A stretch of 55,147 bases of DNA, counting the filler, from Basidiobolus ranarum (Eukaryota), in assembly GCA_040143965.1 (NCBI GenBank). It is 4 parts of 4 records of this genome, joined end to end, with 100 filler letters (N's around TTAATTAATTAA, not from the genome) between each part and the next. Parts side by side here need not be neighbours in the genome. Positions count along the whole stretch, not along the records: positions 13,830 to 27,541 come from JASJQH010000466.1; positions 27,642 to 41,346 come from JASJQH010000467.1; 2 more parts are not named here. One strand, given 5' to 3'. Under the pieces are notes generated by a model, which saw only the letters and a list, made by a program, of their open reading frames with translations, had not been told where the DNA came from and did not search any database. Below are positions 25,089-37,953 of this stretch, piece by piece. A program made the position numbers and the translations under genes. Position 1 is the first letter of the stretch. The number at the start of each line of letters is the position of its first letter.

Positions 25089-26058
25089 ATTTGCGTGCTA
25101 TATGTAGAAGACGTGTAGAGAAATCTCGGAAGAGTTTGGATAACTGCAATGTTATATATATAAACGGGTCTTGGGATGAGTTCTAATCAGATTTTTTTTT
25201 CGTTCCTTTTTTTTCCATTTGGATGAATTTTATTTCTATGTATCTCATCAGTAAAATTGGGATATTACTAATATTGATTTAAACCTATACACACTATTGA
25301 AAAAATATATGAAAAAAAAACTGAGTTGGAGACTCTTATCAGATCCTATTCGTTTGAATGGGGCTAGGGACATTTATATCTGCTTTTGGTAGAACAAGAA
25401 AACAGAAATACCCCATTAAGAGAGTTTGGATTACAATACATTTGTTATCAGATCCAAGTTGAACCTGAACACAGAGATGTATCATTTTGCAGAGCTTCGG
25501 AATTCTTAAAATGTAAATATTGATATGTATTAGTAATTCATGACCTTTTTCATTGATGTAACTTAGTAATACCAAATTTATGGTAATGCTAAGCTAATAA
25601 GACAAATGGGCATAGGCATAATTTATAAGGTTACAAAGATTACTAGTAAAAAGCAAAAGATCAACAATAACAAGAGGGTATTTCCCAACAGCTAGTAAAA
25701 CGTGTACAATTGTTATGGTGATCTCCGTGATGTCAGCCTCAATAGGCCAACTCATCAACACTCATAAAACTATGATGATGATGGTTCTCTCATGACTGGT
25801 GGCATTCTCAATTCATTTTATTGACAATCTGATGTCAAATCAAAAATGAAGAGTCCAATCCTACGGAGCTTTGGTACATTATTCGCCAAGGATACACATC
25901 AACAAGTCTGTTGGTTGGTGGGTATGGTTCCCGTAACAGACAAATAGGACAACGGTTGCTAGGCTGCATAGCCATATAAAAAGATTCCTCAAGTGGGGGA
26001 GTTTGGTATACCAATCAACTAGCAAATACTGAATTCGCTCCTCACATTTTAATCGACA

Positions 26059-26730
26059 ATGAGATTCAATACCTTGGCTTTACTTGCAATTGCTTCAATC
26101 TTGGGCATGGTGAATGGAGATAGCGGCGAGCATGGACGATGTGAAAAAGGAGCAGATTGTTCAGCTGGGGACTGCTGTTCTCCATGGGGTTTTTGTGGGT
26201 CTGGACCAGATTATTGCTTTGGAAATGGTGGTAACAGTTCACAGGCCGGATTGACCCCTGGAGAATCAGCCCCTGGTGGTGCGCCAACTGCAGACGCAAC
26301 CTCTACCAGTGCTGACCCTAGTGAAACAGGGGCCGATACGACAACCACTTTGGACGCTGCTGACAGTCAGCAAACAGAAAGTCAATCTGTGGATCAGTCA
26401 GTGACCGACTCAGCAGATGAAAGTTCGGCGACTCCTGAGTCGACTGTTCAATCTTCGGCTCAGCCTACGGATGATTCACAATCCTCAGAACTAAACGATA
26501 GTCCCACACCCAGTGAGCAACAATCTGGTGGCTCATCCCCAGTGGGTGGTACCGAGCCAACTATCCAGCCCAGTATATCTGATTCTAACCCCGTTTCTAG
26601 TCCAGTCGAAGCAACACCAACAGCGGCGAATGTAGTAGGTTCATCAAGCAATGAAGCAGGAGTTATAGCATATAGCACGTCTCTGCTCCTTGGACTATCT
26701 ATCTTGACAGCCAACTTGTTTGCTAACTAG
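26059..26730 (+). CDS. Secreted, probably GPI-anchored hevein/CBM18 chitin-binding protein with Ser/Thr/Pro-rich stalk
   Basis: Signal peptide MRFNTLALLAIASILGMVNG; CSAGDCCSPWGFCGSGPDYC (chitin-binding type 1 signature); acidic S/T-rich linker; C-terminal SSSNEAG followed by a hydrophobic tail. Confidence 0.9.
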   Translation: MRFNTLALLAIASILGMVNGDSGEHGRCEKGADCSAGDCCSPWGFCGSGPDYCFGNGGNSSQAGLTPGESAPGGAPTADATSTSADPSETGADTTTTLDAADSQQTESQSVDQSVTDSADESSATPESTVQSSAQPTDDSQSSELNDSPTPSEQQSGGSSPVGGTEPTIQPSISDSNPVSSPVEATPTAANVVGSSSNEAGVIAYSTSLLLGLSILTANLFAN

Positions 26731-26971
26731 TGCATGTAATAACCTTCCTCACATCTAAAATTAAACCAAATAAAATTGATGATGGTAGAACATTATCCTA
26801 CCTATATGTAATTTTCTCCTATAGACTATTACTCTGATTAAAACTGTGAATTGCTTGGTGAATACATAATTTAGAGACTTCCCTGAGCAGTTTGAATATA
26901 ATTCCGTGGAGGGAGTTAATTGATGTTATAGTAATTGTATAAAGAAACATATTATTAACAGGTACTTTTCG

Positions 26972-26993
26972 AACCAGCCCTATAGGGCTGGTT
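26972..26993. repeat. Perfect 22-bp palindrome AACCAGCCCTATAGGGCTGGTT
   Basis: The sequence equals its own reverse complement. Confidence 0.9.
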
Positions 26994-27294
26994 TTGTTAC
27001 ACTCGATAACTTATGAACTGTGATATTTTTGTTGGCTAAAATATAATGTGTGGATTCAGCAAACCTTTAAGAATGAGACCAAACAGTTTTTTCAAATCTT
27101 TTTATTTTGAATTCTCGTTTAATTTGCCATGATAAATCACATTTCATTGAAGACATCACTAAGATTAAATAATGCCAAAAACCAGTTCCAAGCTCGCCGT
27201 TGATGCACGTATCTCTAGGTCCAACCAATATTTGACCAAAACAGAAGTCCCTAGTTACCAACAACTGATAGTTATTTGTTTCTCCTTCGTAAGT

Positions 27295-27541
27295 AGCGTA
27301 GATGTCAACAACAACCGCAGAGATAACATGATATCATAAGTACTTATCGTTGGGAAGTTCATTTTTTGTCGTTTGTATTTGGTATCGCAGAAGCTAATGC
27401 TTTTAGTTGCTATAAGATCTGGGGGAATAATGCGGAAGGGATTCTCGATTCCGATTTCAAATGCAGGCTGGCTCACTCTTTACTTTTAAAAGTAAAGGAT
27501 TTTGAGTGTCACTATGAAGGTACTGAAGCAGAACAGATGAG
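27295..27541 (+). mobile_element. Degenerate piggyBac-like transposase fragment (C-terminal part of catalytic domain), cut by gap
   Basis: SVDVNNNRRDN, then a frameshift at ~27327, then HDIISTYRWEVHFLSFVFGIAEANAFSCYKIW...DFKCRLAHSLL. This fits the piggyBac pattern VD-x-x-(D/N)...RW...F..L.....NA...Y.......F...LA..LL. Confidence 0.6.
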
Positions 27542-27641
27542 NNNNNNNNNNNNNNNNNNNNNNNNNNNNNNNNNNNNNNNNNNNNTTAATTAATTAANNN
27601 NNNNNNNNNNNNNNNNNNNNNNNNNNNNNNNNNNNNNNNNN
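27542..27641. other. Artificial contig linker (N44-TTAATTAATTAA-N44)
   Basis: Same 100-bp structure as at 13730. Confidence 0.97.
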
Positions 27642-28565
27642 ATATGTGAATGTGTCCCTCAATTGATTTGTCTACCATTGGCGCCTTACTCATCGCAGAG
27701 TTAACCGCACATTCTTGAGAACGGGCCCCGTCAAAGAAGTGAGTTACAAGCATCTCTAAGGGTTGGCTGTCAATGAACTAGTGATAAAAAGTGGGCTGAT
27801 ATTTAGAAGAGTAAGACTCGATGAGAGATGAGCTTTTATACGAACCTAGTCCACTTTGGGATGGAATATTATTAGCTGTTGGTTACAAAGCTAGTCTATT
27901 GGCGTTCCATAGTTTAAACTGGGTTTTTGATTCTCCTCACCAATGAACGATCCATGGATGAACTATCAAACTCATCAAGGATAGATGGAAACGTCCGAAA
28001 TTAGGAAAGGTTTATTCCATGATGATTTTTTTTGTGCAGGTAATATCAATCCACTGGTAAATATTTTGGAGTTTGGAAGTTCTCATTGCAATCAACATTC
28101 GATATGTACCGCTGTATCTAGATTAATTTGGGTTAGGGCTAAGATTTCCCGCAGTTTTCTCTTCCAATGGTGATTCGCACGATCCGTGCGATCCGGTTCA
28201 CATGGTTTGGGAGTGATACGATCCCTTGGAATAAAGCTGAGTCAACTGAGTCCGAATCGAGCTAAAGAAATCTCTAATTACATACGGGCTTACAGCGCCT
28301 TATAGCGCCTGAACATGTGCCAGGGTGACTTTCTCGCAATAAACTTCCTTTGAAGTCATGGATCCTCTAATGTTGTCAGCCTCAGAAGGATTCCCCTCCA
28401 TTAGGGCACAAATCAACTTAGATCTCTTGCGTTAAACACCAAGAGAGGATTCGTTGATCCTAGCCAATCCTTCTGAAATCCAAACACTGCAGTTTTGGTA
28501 GAAATGTTTATTGATTTGTTGAAATAGGGTATATGACTCGGGTGCAGTGCGGGATGAGATGGGGA

Positions 28566-31500
28566 TCACAATAATTCTGGGTTGTCATACTTGATCGCAT
28601 ATCGACCCAATGCCCACATGGTAAAGATGAATTTGAAGTTTGGATAGCTGATCATGCAATTCTTGTTAAATACACCTTCGATGTTTTCTTGAAGCCACTC
28701 TCCATTGGGTTGTTGTCGAGACATAATAAGCTTCGTGTACCATAGGATTTAGTTACTGACATTTCGTTGATGCATTATAGTGAGTATTTACCTTAACACC
28801 ACGACGGATGACTGCCTCATCAGGATAATCAGCTGAGAGTAGTGCCATTAATGCCCAAGCAGTATTCACTACTTGGGAGTTCTGATTCTGATGGTAAACC
28901 CCAGTTTCACAAGACTATACATTAACGAGAGATGAGTGGAATGTTCATCAGATCAACACAAATGGCTTCTTACTTTGAATGTTTCGCCCCATCCACCATC
29001 AAGTTGTTGCTTAGATACAAGGAACTCGCAAGCCTTCTTGACAGCAGCACTATCAGAGTCTTATTAGTAGTCGGTACGAGGAATCAGACAAGCTGAGGAA
29101 AATTTACCAATTCTTGTATTTGTAACCAACAATAGCCAAACTCTCCAAGGCAAACATCATGGCGTAGGTGAAGCAAATACCCCAACTGCCGAACCAACTT
29201 CCATCCTTCTTCTGAGATTTGAAGATATATTCGATGGATTTTCTTTTGGTTTCCCTGAAGTTGGTGAAGTCAACCGTTCACTTAGTTAGCGAATTGACAA
29301 GATAAAATGAATTCAACAAATTCCTTACTCAATCTCCTCCTTTCTGTATTCTGGATAATATTCTTGGAAGGTACTTAAACCAAGTAAAACTGAAGTAGTA
29401 CATTCAGGATAACTATATTCAATCATAATCTTGCCAAACACTTCGGCAGGATTGATCCATTCAAGCCATTGAGGACCACGAATACGTTCGTAACTAGCAA
29501 AACCACCATCTTCATTTTGCATAGTAAGTAACACATCCACAGCATCGTAAAGCCTCTCTTTGGCGATTCTTGTTTCAACACCTCTAGTTGTTCAATGGAA
29601 TGTGAGTGACAGGTGGTGGCATACAACATATACGAAGAGGTCTTACTTGATTCCTTGTATCAAGAGAGCTGCTTTGAGACCTTCGGCAGTACAGTCCGAG
29701 ACTGTATACCCTTGTTCACGGGTACTGAAGGGCCAAGCTCCATTGGATACTTGTCTAAAGCAATATTCGTGGTTTGGAACATTTCTTCTAATCTAATATC
29801 GTTTCAGGCTCGTTAACATATACACTGGGGCTCTTTGGATTCTATCATGGTGACTTACCTGACAATTGTCCAAGAATCTTAAAGCGTTTTCAATTGATTC
29901 TCGGTTTTCGGGATATTGGGCGAGCCCTGGATGAAAGAGAAATGGTACGTTATAAATTGGTTGTCTTTCTATCGATCATTGATACATGTGTATATATACC
30001 GGATTCAGCTATAGCCTGAATACAAAATGCAGTATCCCACAACTGACTTCCATTTGTTCCATTAACCATCATTCCTTCTCTGCCAAGCCTATACGAAACT
30101 TTAGTAAGATCAATAGGGGGGTTAGCAAACACACAATCATACCAAAGGAATTCATCCAAACGACTAGCATGTTTACGGAATGCCTCCGAGTCAGGTCCTT
30201 CAGTGAACCAGCGACAGATCATATTCATGGGTTTACTGACCTAAAAATACATGATACCTGGTTAGATCCTTTCTATTTGCTACCTTGAGGGGGTACATTA
30301 CTTACAGGCGCAATTCCTAGATAGTATGTGTTCTCATCTTCAATGATGATTTGTTCATATGCCTTCTTAAGACTATACTCGCGAAGGTAATAGTTAGGGA
30401 GTTTTTGATAAATGTCCACAGCAGCTAGACGAATATCGAAATGTTAGTATGAGCTAGAATTGGTACCAATTAAAAGAGACGTACACATCAAAAGCTCGTA
30501 GGTTTTGCTATGAGGAGAGTACAAATCTGCCTCTGAGATGTTGTTGCGTTGTTTAGGCCAATCGATGGTTTCATATGTTTGGGTATAAAGTTCTTTTCTT
30601 AGTTGAAGAACGAGTTCGGTTTCTTTACCAGTAATTCTCTTTCCATAGATATAACTCATTGGGAGATAGACTGCTCTAGTATGAACCCAGAATTTTCCTG
30701 GGTGAACAGGTAAAGCTTTTGGAAGTACCCTTATAATGATTTTGAGTTAATTCTTAAAGTTTCCTAAATACTTTTACTGTACTTACCATAACTCTGGTGG
30801 TACAGGGTTCAAGCCTTCCCAGTCATATACTCCGAGAAGTGCTAGCCAAAATTTACCCCATGATGGTGCCGCGGTAGCACTTCCTAAAGTTAGTAAGGAT
30901 GATGTTAGTCTCTTCTCAATAAGAAGAAACTACTTTTTAATATACATACCCAACTTATGAAGACAATTGCGAGATTTAACCATTGTTGGATGCTCACTAT
31001 CCACACCTAAAATTCGTAAAGCTACATAATTTAAGGCAGTTCCAAAGACAGTAGAATGACCTTCGATATGACTGAGAGAAAGTTTTAACTATTACTGTAA
31101 GATGGAAGATTAATTCATAAAAAATAATTACATTCCCCAGCCTCCATCTTCGATGTGCGCTCTGTTAATCAAGTAACGGATGTATTCTTGCTTTTGTCTT
31201 TCAGGTATTGGGATCCCAGTGATATACATTGAAAATACTATTCCAGGCAAGAGAAACATAGGACCTCCATATTCACCAGCCCAGTGACCATCTTCAGTTT
31301 GTAAATGCTTATAAAACTCAAAGCAGTTACGAACTGAATCCATAGGGGTTTTAGCTTGAGGTAGGGTATCGACATCCTACAGAAAGTAATGAAATACTAA
31401 GAAATTTATATACGTAACGGACCTAATAGTTAACAATGTTGAGCGTACCAAAGGTAAGCCAATCCAGTATTTATCGCATATGGATTGAGGCCAGGCCTTA

Positions 31501-31607
31501 GCCTCTTCCTCAGTCTCTAGATATACCCAAGTTTGAGCACCATTACCGTCGACTTTGAGTCTCCAACGGTTCAAGTCTGTGGCTAGTGGTTCTTTGGCAA
31601 ACTGCAT
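28566..31607 (-). CDS. ERG7: Lanosterol synthase (2,3-oxidosqualene cyclase), many exons
   Basis: [80 protein letters not shown] (DCTAE catalytic motif), [44 protein letters not shown]. Confidence 0.98.
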
Positions 31608-32330
31608 TTTGAGAGTCTCTTGAGAAATGATTGTATTATTTATAGAAATGATCAAGTAAATTAGATTTCTATAATCGAATCTTCAAATTCAGATACGGAA
31701 AAATAGCAAAGTCCGCTAAATTCATCACATGTAAATACCCTTTTAATCATTAAAAATCCAATCATGATATAATAATACCCTGTAACTTGGATGGTAGTAC
31801 TGTAATCAATTGTCTTTTGTTATACAATGAAGTGTTAAAACGTACAATACAGCTTGGCACTTCGTGAGAACCTGGGTGAAGATATTATCAACTAATTAGC
31901 GGTTGAAAGCAGAGTACCTGAAGAAGAACCCTTTGATACGTGTAGGTTTGGATATGAAGCACAAAACACACTATAACGGCCAAACTATACGTAAAATATC
32001 ATACATTTCTATGCCCTAAGCATGTGGGTTTATATATAGCATGTTGGCTAAAGTTCTCATATACTGTACAGGAAATGTCGTTTCTGGGTTGAATTGAAAC
32101 TAATGCTTTCAGAGAAGGTACATACTTTAGACCATAGCTGTAATGAGATGAGATATCACAATGGGGGAACTATCATAAAAACAAAGTGGAAACTTGAAAT
32201 ACAAAAATTCTCCACAATGAGTAACAGCGACAGTGGCTCGAGCTAAAAGAATTACATGAAAAGAATCTAAGAGTGTAATATAACACGAGTTCAAAGTAAA
32301 ATAACTTTGAAAAAGTTATAGTAACTCCTT

Positions 32331-33005
32331 TTAAAGTCTACGAGAATATTGCTCAATGAGTACGGAGAGCGTCTCGATATCCGCTCTACAATGCACTCGT
32401 GTTGAATTGTAGGTTGGAAGTTCCTGAGAATCAGAGAAAGATTGTCGAGAGTTTGAGTATGTCGTATAAGGTGGTGGTGCTAAAGCACTGTTTGATGAGC
32501 AATTGATTGAACTGCTTTGAAGTGAATAACGATTCGAACGTCTAGCTGGGATTGTAAGTGATGAAGGATCTCCGGAAAAGTTATAAACCTTAGATATCAC
32601 ATTAGGAGTATTTAAAGATGAGTTAAAATAACTGTTCTTTAGAAGATTCCATTGATTTTCTATGGAGTCAGCCGCCTCACTGAAAGAAATTCCGGTCTTT
32701 AGTATAATGGGTAGATCTCTTTTGGGAAGATTGGATTTATCATCGAAACGGTCATAGTCCTGGTCCACCGTACCACGTATTACGCAGCGCCATGGTGTTA
32801 AAGTAAATTTTCCAATGCGTTGAAAGTCGAAAGTCAGCTTATTTGGTGCATTAGCATTCGAAGCTCCAGTCTTGAGTTCAATGTGAACATGGCCATACTT
32901 ACGAAACCATTTGAGAATGCTGTCACGGAAGCCGTAAAGAACAAATATTGGTCGAATGCCAACTGAAAGAGTCAACTTTTGACTGATTTTTGGTTTTAAA
33001 ATCAT
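32331..33005 (-). CDS. Hypothetical protein (~224 aa) with C-terminal PPPY and LPTY motifs
   Basis: Long open frame. The upstream part of the 277-aa track ORF contains an apparent intron (GTAAGAG...AAATGCAG, ~33026-33085), so the start may be MILKPK at 33005 or MRYGFLEK at 33110. Confidence 0.6.
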   Translation of the reverse strand: MILKPKISQKLTLSVGIRPIFVLYGFRDSILKWFRKYGHVHIELKTGASNANAPNKLTFDFQRIGKFTLTPWRCVIRGTVDQDYDRFDDKSNLPKRDLPIILKTGISFSEAADSIENQWNLLKNSYFNSSLNTPNVISKVYNFSGDPSSLTIPARRSNRYSLQSSSINCSSNSALAPPPYTTYSNSRQSFSDSQELPTYNSTRVHCRADIETLSVLIEQYSRRL

Positions 33006-35701
33006 GGTATTGCCAGATTTGTCTGCATTTAAAATATAAGTTAACACTACTTTCAGCTTGCTCCAACTATATAGAGGACTCTTACCTTTCTCCAAGAATC
33101 CGTAACGCATGAGGACACAATATATATTTAAAAGAAAAAGTAGAGTCAAACAAAAATAGCTCACAGCTGTAAGTAAAGCTGTGATAGATTGCTAATAAGA
33201 AAACTAAATCTCTACAAATTTAATGAAGGGTGGAGCTCACCTAAATATATGGTGAGTAGTAGCAAACGAGTCTATCAGCGAAAATAACACAAAGCAAGGA
33301 TTCAAATAATGTAGGGATTTAATCAAAGAAAAAAGTAATCGGCATGCCAGCAAAAGTTGCCGTCAGTTTCAAAAGGAGGGAATTTATAAAGGGGGTTTAT
33401 TCGAAGTAGTTTCCAAATATGGAGATATACAATTAAGCCAAAGTTGACTCTACCCAACAACAACCAAGAAACGATAATATTTATATCGCAGAAGCAATTT
33501 AATTGTCACGCCAACAAAATAAATTATCAACTTTGTTTGCTTTTGATTCTTGCGCCAATAAGAAAGGATAGAAGATAAACTACCGTTTAGTCTGAATTGA
33601 CACGTTGTCGCCGACGGTAATTTCCGAAATAAATCAAAGCAAACACCTCAGCTGCTAGAAGCATATTTCAAAATACTTCGTTCGGTAAATATGCCAAAAG
33701 AGATCACTTGGGAGGACAAAATTAACACCAAGACTCAGCGGGCTCAGAGTGTGAGCAATCAAATTGCTGCAAATCAACGAAGAAACATCATTATCAGAAC
33801 CTAATATACAATAAGCAACCTCATTGGACCATCACTAATTGAAGTGACATTTTTGGATATTTGACAGTCTCCATTGATTTCATTATCCTGTTTCACCTTA
33901 TGTTTGCGTAGTCATCAAATTGCATTTACTAAGCCTGACCTGAGAGGAGGCCAGGTTATACTGTTACGGAGCTCAAAAACACCGAGATATTAGTAATGTG
34001 TGTACACGGGATTATTATGTTCGGGGAAATGGCCATCCATATTTGAGATATGCCAAGTATACCATTGGCAATCAGGGAATGAATACTCTCACTATTGATT
34101 TTGTCTAAGTTTCACTAACACTTAATGAGTGTAATGAGTGTTTAAACACTTGGATACGAGGGATTTTGTATTGTCGACTCTAAATATTTGCCTATGATAA
34201 CTTACGCTAGGTGATTATTGCTGATATTGAGGATACAATTCCACCTCAATCGAATCCAGCCAAATCCTCTCTTCTCAAGCGTCACAATCAATGCAAACCT
34301 CTGGACAACCGTCCTGTTGCTAAGGATACTATTCTATAGCTATTTACACATGTTATAGTCACTTTTTTTCAAACGTTGGTCTTCAATTTAAAGGAGTAAG
34401 CCAGTAATATAGTTCTAGATGGACATGCAATTGTGTCGTTTTAGACATTAGATATTCATTGACATCAGCCTTCTACTTCGAGGCACGTGTAGTGTGTATT
34501 TTTCTTATTTTATCAACTCAATAGACTTCTATAGATCCTTGCTGTTACATGCAAATGACAGAATATACATACATACTTTTTCTTGAGGTCTTGGATAAAA
34601 CTGGGCTTTGTCGCCCAAAGAGCACGTCTTGCGTAACGAAGCCGAGACTTCTTTATTTCAACTTCTTCAACAACTTGTGCATAAATGACTAAAATAAATA
34701 TGCAGGACTGATGATTAAGGGTATTATGATATGCCTTACAATACTTCTGGACAATCTCTCTTGCTAGTTGGGCTCTTCTAATCGAGAGGGCACAGACTGG
34801 TTGAACGGCATAAGAGGGTATATTAGTTGACATTCTAGTGTCGAGTAGGAATCATTAAATCAGAGGTTGTTAGCACAAATTTACTACCTATATCATTGAA
34901 GATACGTCACCATTCCTCAGCTTAGCATATTCCCAATGCACAGTTAAGGTAACATAGATCGATATGCTCATGCTTCAATTGAGATAACTAAGTGTCGTCC
35001 TCAGTTTGTTGATTTCGTTATCGAATCAGTTCTCAACTCTATCGAGGTCTCAATCATTCGATCCAGCTGCTCAACTAGATCGAGAAAAATTTAATTTACT
35101 TTAGAGATATCGTAGGATGTTGCAGGGGCTCAGCTAGGTAGCGCCTATAGGTTAAGGGTAGACCTTAGATATACAGTGCACATAGTCAGCTACGACTAGC
35201 AAATCTAATTGCTAGCATTCTATTATCGTTCATTTCAAGATGGAAAGCGTTGCTTACATTCTTGCTAGAACTGAGTATAATCATGGCATATATGACCCTA
35301 TAAATAGCCTGTTATTCTCATAAAAATTGTTTGTGCATCTTGTACATCGGCTAAAGTAAAGGCAAATGCCGCTTCAGACCTTGAACATGCTTTGAAAGAT
35401 TTATACACAGAAGGGTCCGGGAAAAATCTTACGGGTTGTTTTATTCATGAACTAAGGTTGTCTAATGAAAGTTGAAATTTTCAAACCTTATCGTTCTCTA
35501 AGAACTGGAAATATATGAGGGAATCTAAATAAAGTACACAATTTTAAAAGCAACATCAAATACTCGAATAAAACTTTAGATGGAATAAGAAATTCGAATG
35601 GTATTGGGCATCCCAAATTCGAATACTGATGATGACTGAATAGGTTATATGTTAAGGTCTACGGTGGTACTGATGGGAGGGTTGAGTTTCTAGGGTTCAA
35701 T

Positions 35702-36576
35702 CTAATATTTCTTCTTCTTCTCATCAACAGAAAACCCTCCAGGTCCAGTGCTTAGAAAAAGGACAAGTCCGCCCACGATACTCATGATCTGGAAGAAATT
35801 GTATTTGACAAAGTTGCGTGCATCAGGGTTCTTATTGATTGACCACCAGTTGTTCATAACTACATTGAATAGCATCAGGAAAATAATCATCATCAATGCA
35901 GAACACTTGGCCTTAAACCCAATGACAACCATTAAGGACATAATTAGACCAACACAGGAGCCAATTAGTTTTAGAGTGGTCATTTCTCCTGTCAAAAAAA
36001 AGGAGCCAAAAAGAAGAACCAGAAGAATACGGCCAAACAGAGCGAAGTATGGACTACGGTCTAATTCTTGAACAGTTGGTAAACCTCCGAAAATTGCTTT
36101 TGGCTTACTGGGGCTTTCGGATAAAAGCATAAGAATCCCGCCTAGCATACTTACGTTGCGCAAAAAGAAACTCCATTCCATAAACAACCCATACCCAAAT
36201 ATCTGCGAAACAACTGCTGAGAATAATCCGATTACCGCAAGGTGAATTCGTATCTTAGTTATGGCACAGAATGATCCTGCTAACATAAGCTATCGAGAGG
36301 TTAGTGATGGTTCTTCTAAAAAATATGAATTTTAACCAAGCCACTTACTCCAAGGTTCAATATTAAAAATATATGATTGGACCCATGATAAAAGCCGCGA
36401 TACTTCTCCAAATAACGTAGTTGTTGGTCCCACTGAGTGTATATACGCAGTGAGTCTTCTAGGAAGGCTGATACTAAAAGGAATCTTCCCACAATTGGAG
36501 TGAAACTTTGGAATCGATTCATTGAGTACATAATACGACGCTCGCATTGGTATATAATTCTTTGAACTGTCTCCAT
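35702..36576 (-). CDS. ERV29: ER cargo receptor Erv29/SURF4, copy 1
   Basis: Two exons (36349-36576, 35702-36289): GRFLLVSAFLEDSLRIYTQW, FFLRNVSMLGG, NNWW, KYNFFQIMSIVGGL, GPGGFSVDEKKKKY. Confidence 0.95.
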
Positions 36577-37953
36577 TTATGATTTGCTTAATAGCCGAAT
36601 TGGTGTTCTTTTAGTGGTTGGGTATGAGAAAAGGTTTGGAGATTTTCTGGGCGAAAGCTGGTGGGGACAGAGATACAAGTGTATAGAGAGTGGATAGTAC
36701 CAGTAGATACAATAGTACTTGATGCGACGGCAAACTGATTGAGTCTCATCCGTCTTAAATATCAGCTGCCATTACCACATGTCGAAGTAACTCAGAATTG
36801 ATACTAACAACCCCATACAAAACCAACAATAATAGGCAGAGTAACCAAATGTCCGGGCGGTGATGAAGTGAGAGAGCTGCAATGCCCTGATGTCTCCATT
36901 GTTAAACCCTATACTAGTTGCATCCAATGTTTCCTTATAGGGTAAATAACATGGAATTTCAGTATTTTATACAATGGTAGTAAGAGAAATCATTCAGAAA
37001 CTCAAACAGCCTGATCGATTTAATAACTATACACGAGTGGTCTCCTCCTCGATCATAGTATGTTTGTGAATCTCACATCTGATACATAGCAAACTTGTCT
37101 CCATACCGCCACCTATGAGAGAAATGCGGAGGATGATGACTAAAGACGTTATGCTTTAAGATGGAATTCCATAAGTAGGAGTTAGGATCAGGTGCATGGA
37201 GACTGCATATCAAGTGTTTCGAATTTAATTAAATCTTGTGCTAAATCTACAAATCTCCTATCAAAAGTTAGCTTGGTAGAGACAGCTATTAGTGGCATGG
37301 CAGAGTTCTGTAGATGTACTAGTGATTAACATGCCGTAGAATGTCAAAGTAGGTAGAGCTTTGGCGCCACACCAGCCCAAGGAGTGTTAAGCAAGGTCGC
37401 ATATCTACAGAATATGATTTTAACCTCTACTAGCCAGCAGCGAGAAAAGTGCTGTCAGAATAGAATCATGAAATTCAACACAACGAGGTCACGAGACCGA
37501 TCCCTTACATCGTCAAAAGTTTATGATGATAAAGCGCTATAGTGACACGACCGTACAGTTAGTAATCCGTTCATTATGCTTAAATGATATGCGACTGTAC
37601 ATGTATGCAATGAAGGAACATTATACACCATGGGTTGTTTTTTGAAAACTGCAGAATAACCAATTTAATATACAACTTCGCTTGTCGAAGGTGCATGAAA
37701 TAGAGACAAAGCTGACTTAGTCCAAGATATCTATCACAATTGCACTGCACAGGGATCGCTATTGAAACGTCAAATAAAGTGGTTGATTCTCTCTCTAAAC
37801 TTTGCATCTTTCACACATAACGTGATCAATCTCTATTTTATTCTCTAATTTGAGTAAGAAATCCTTCTATGCAATGAAACGTAAAAGGGAATATCATTTG
37901 GTATCTTGATTCTATGGTATATGGGTTACAAGCAGAAGCCACGGCACCAGATT

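Noticed and set aside
27642-28500. Possible exon fragments after the second gap (e.g. minus-strand FIDSQPLEMLVTHFFDG...)
   Set aside because: I could not build a consistent spliced frame or recognise a family.
15302-31607. Lipid-metabolism gene cluster (NTE1, SMS-like, ERG7)
   Set aside because: ERG7 lies across an artificial join, the pathways are unrelated, and unrelated genes intervene.
34513-34833. 106-aa ORF in the long spacer
   Set aside because: No motif or splice support; length compatible with chance.
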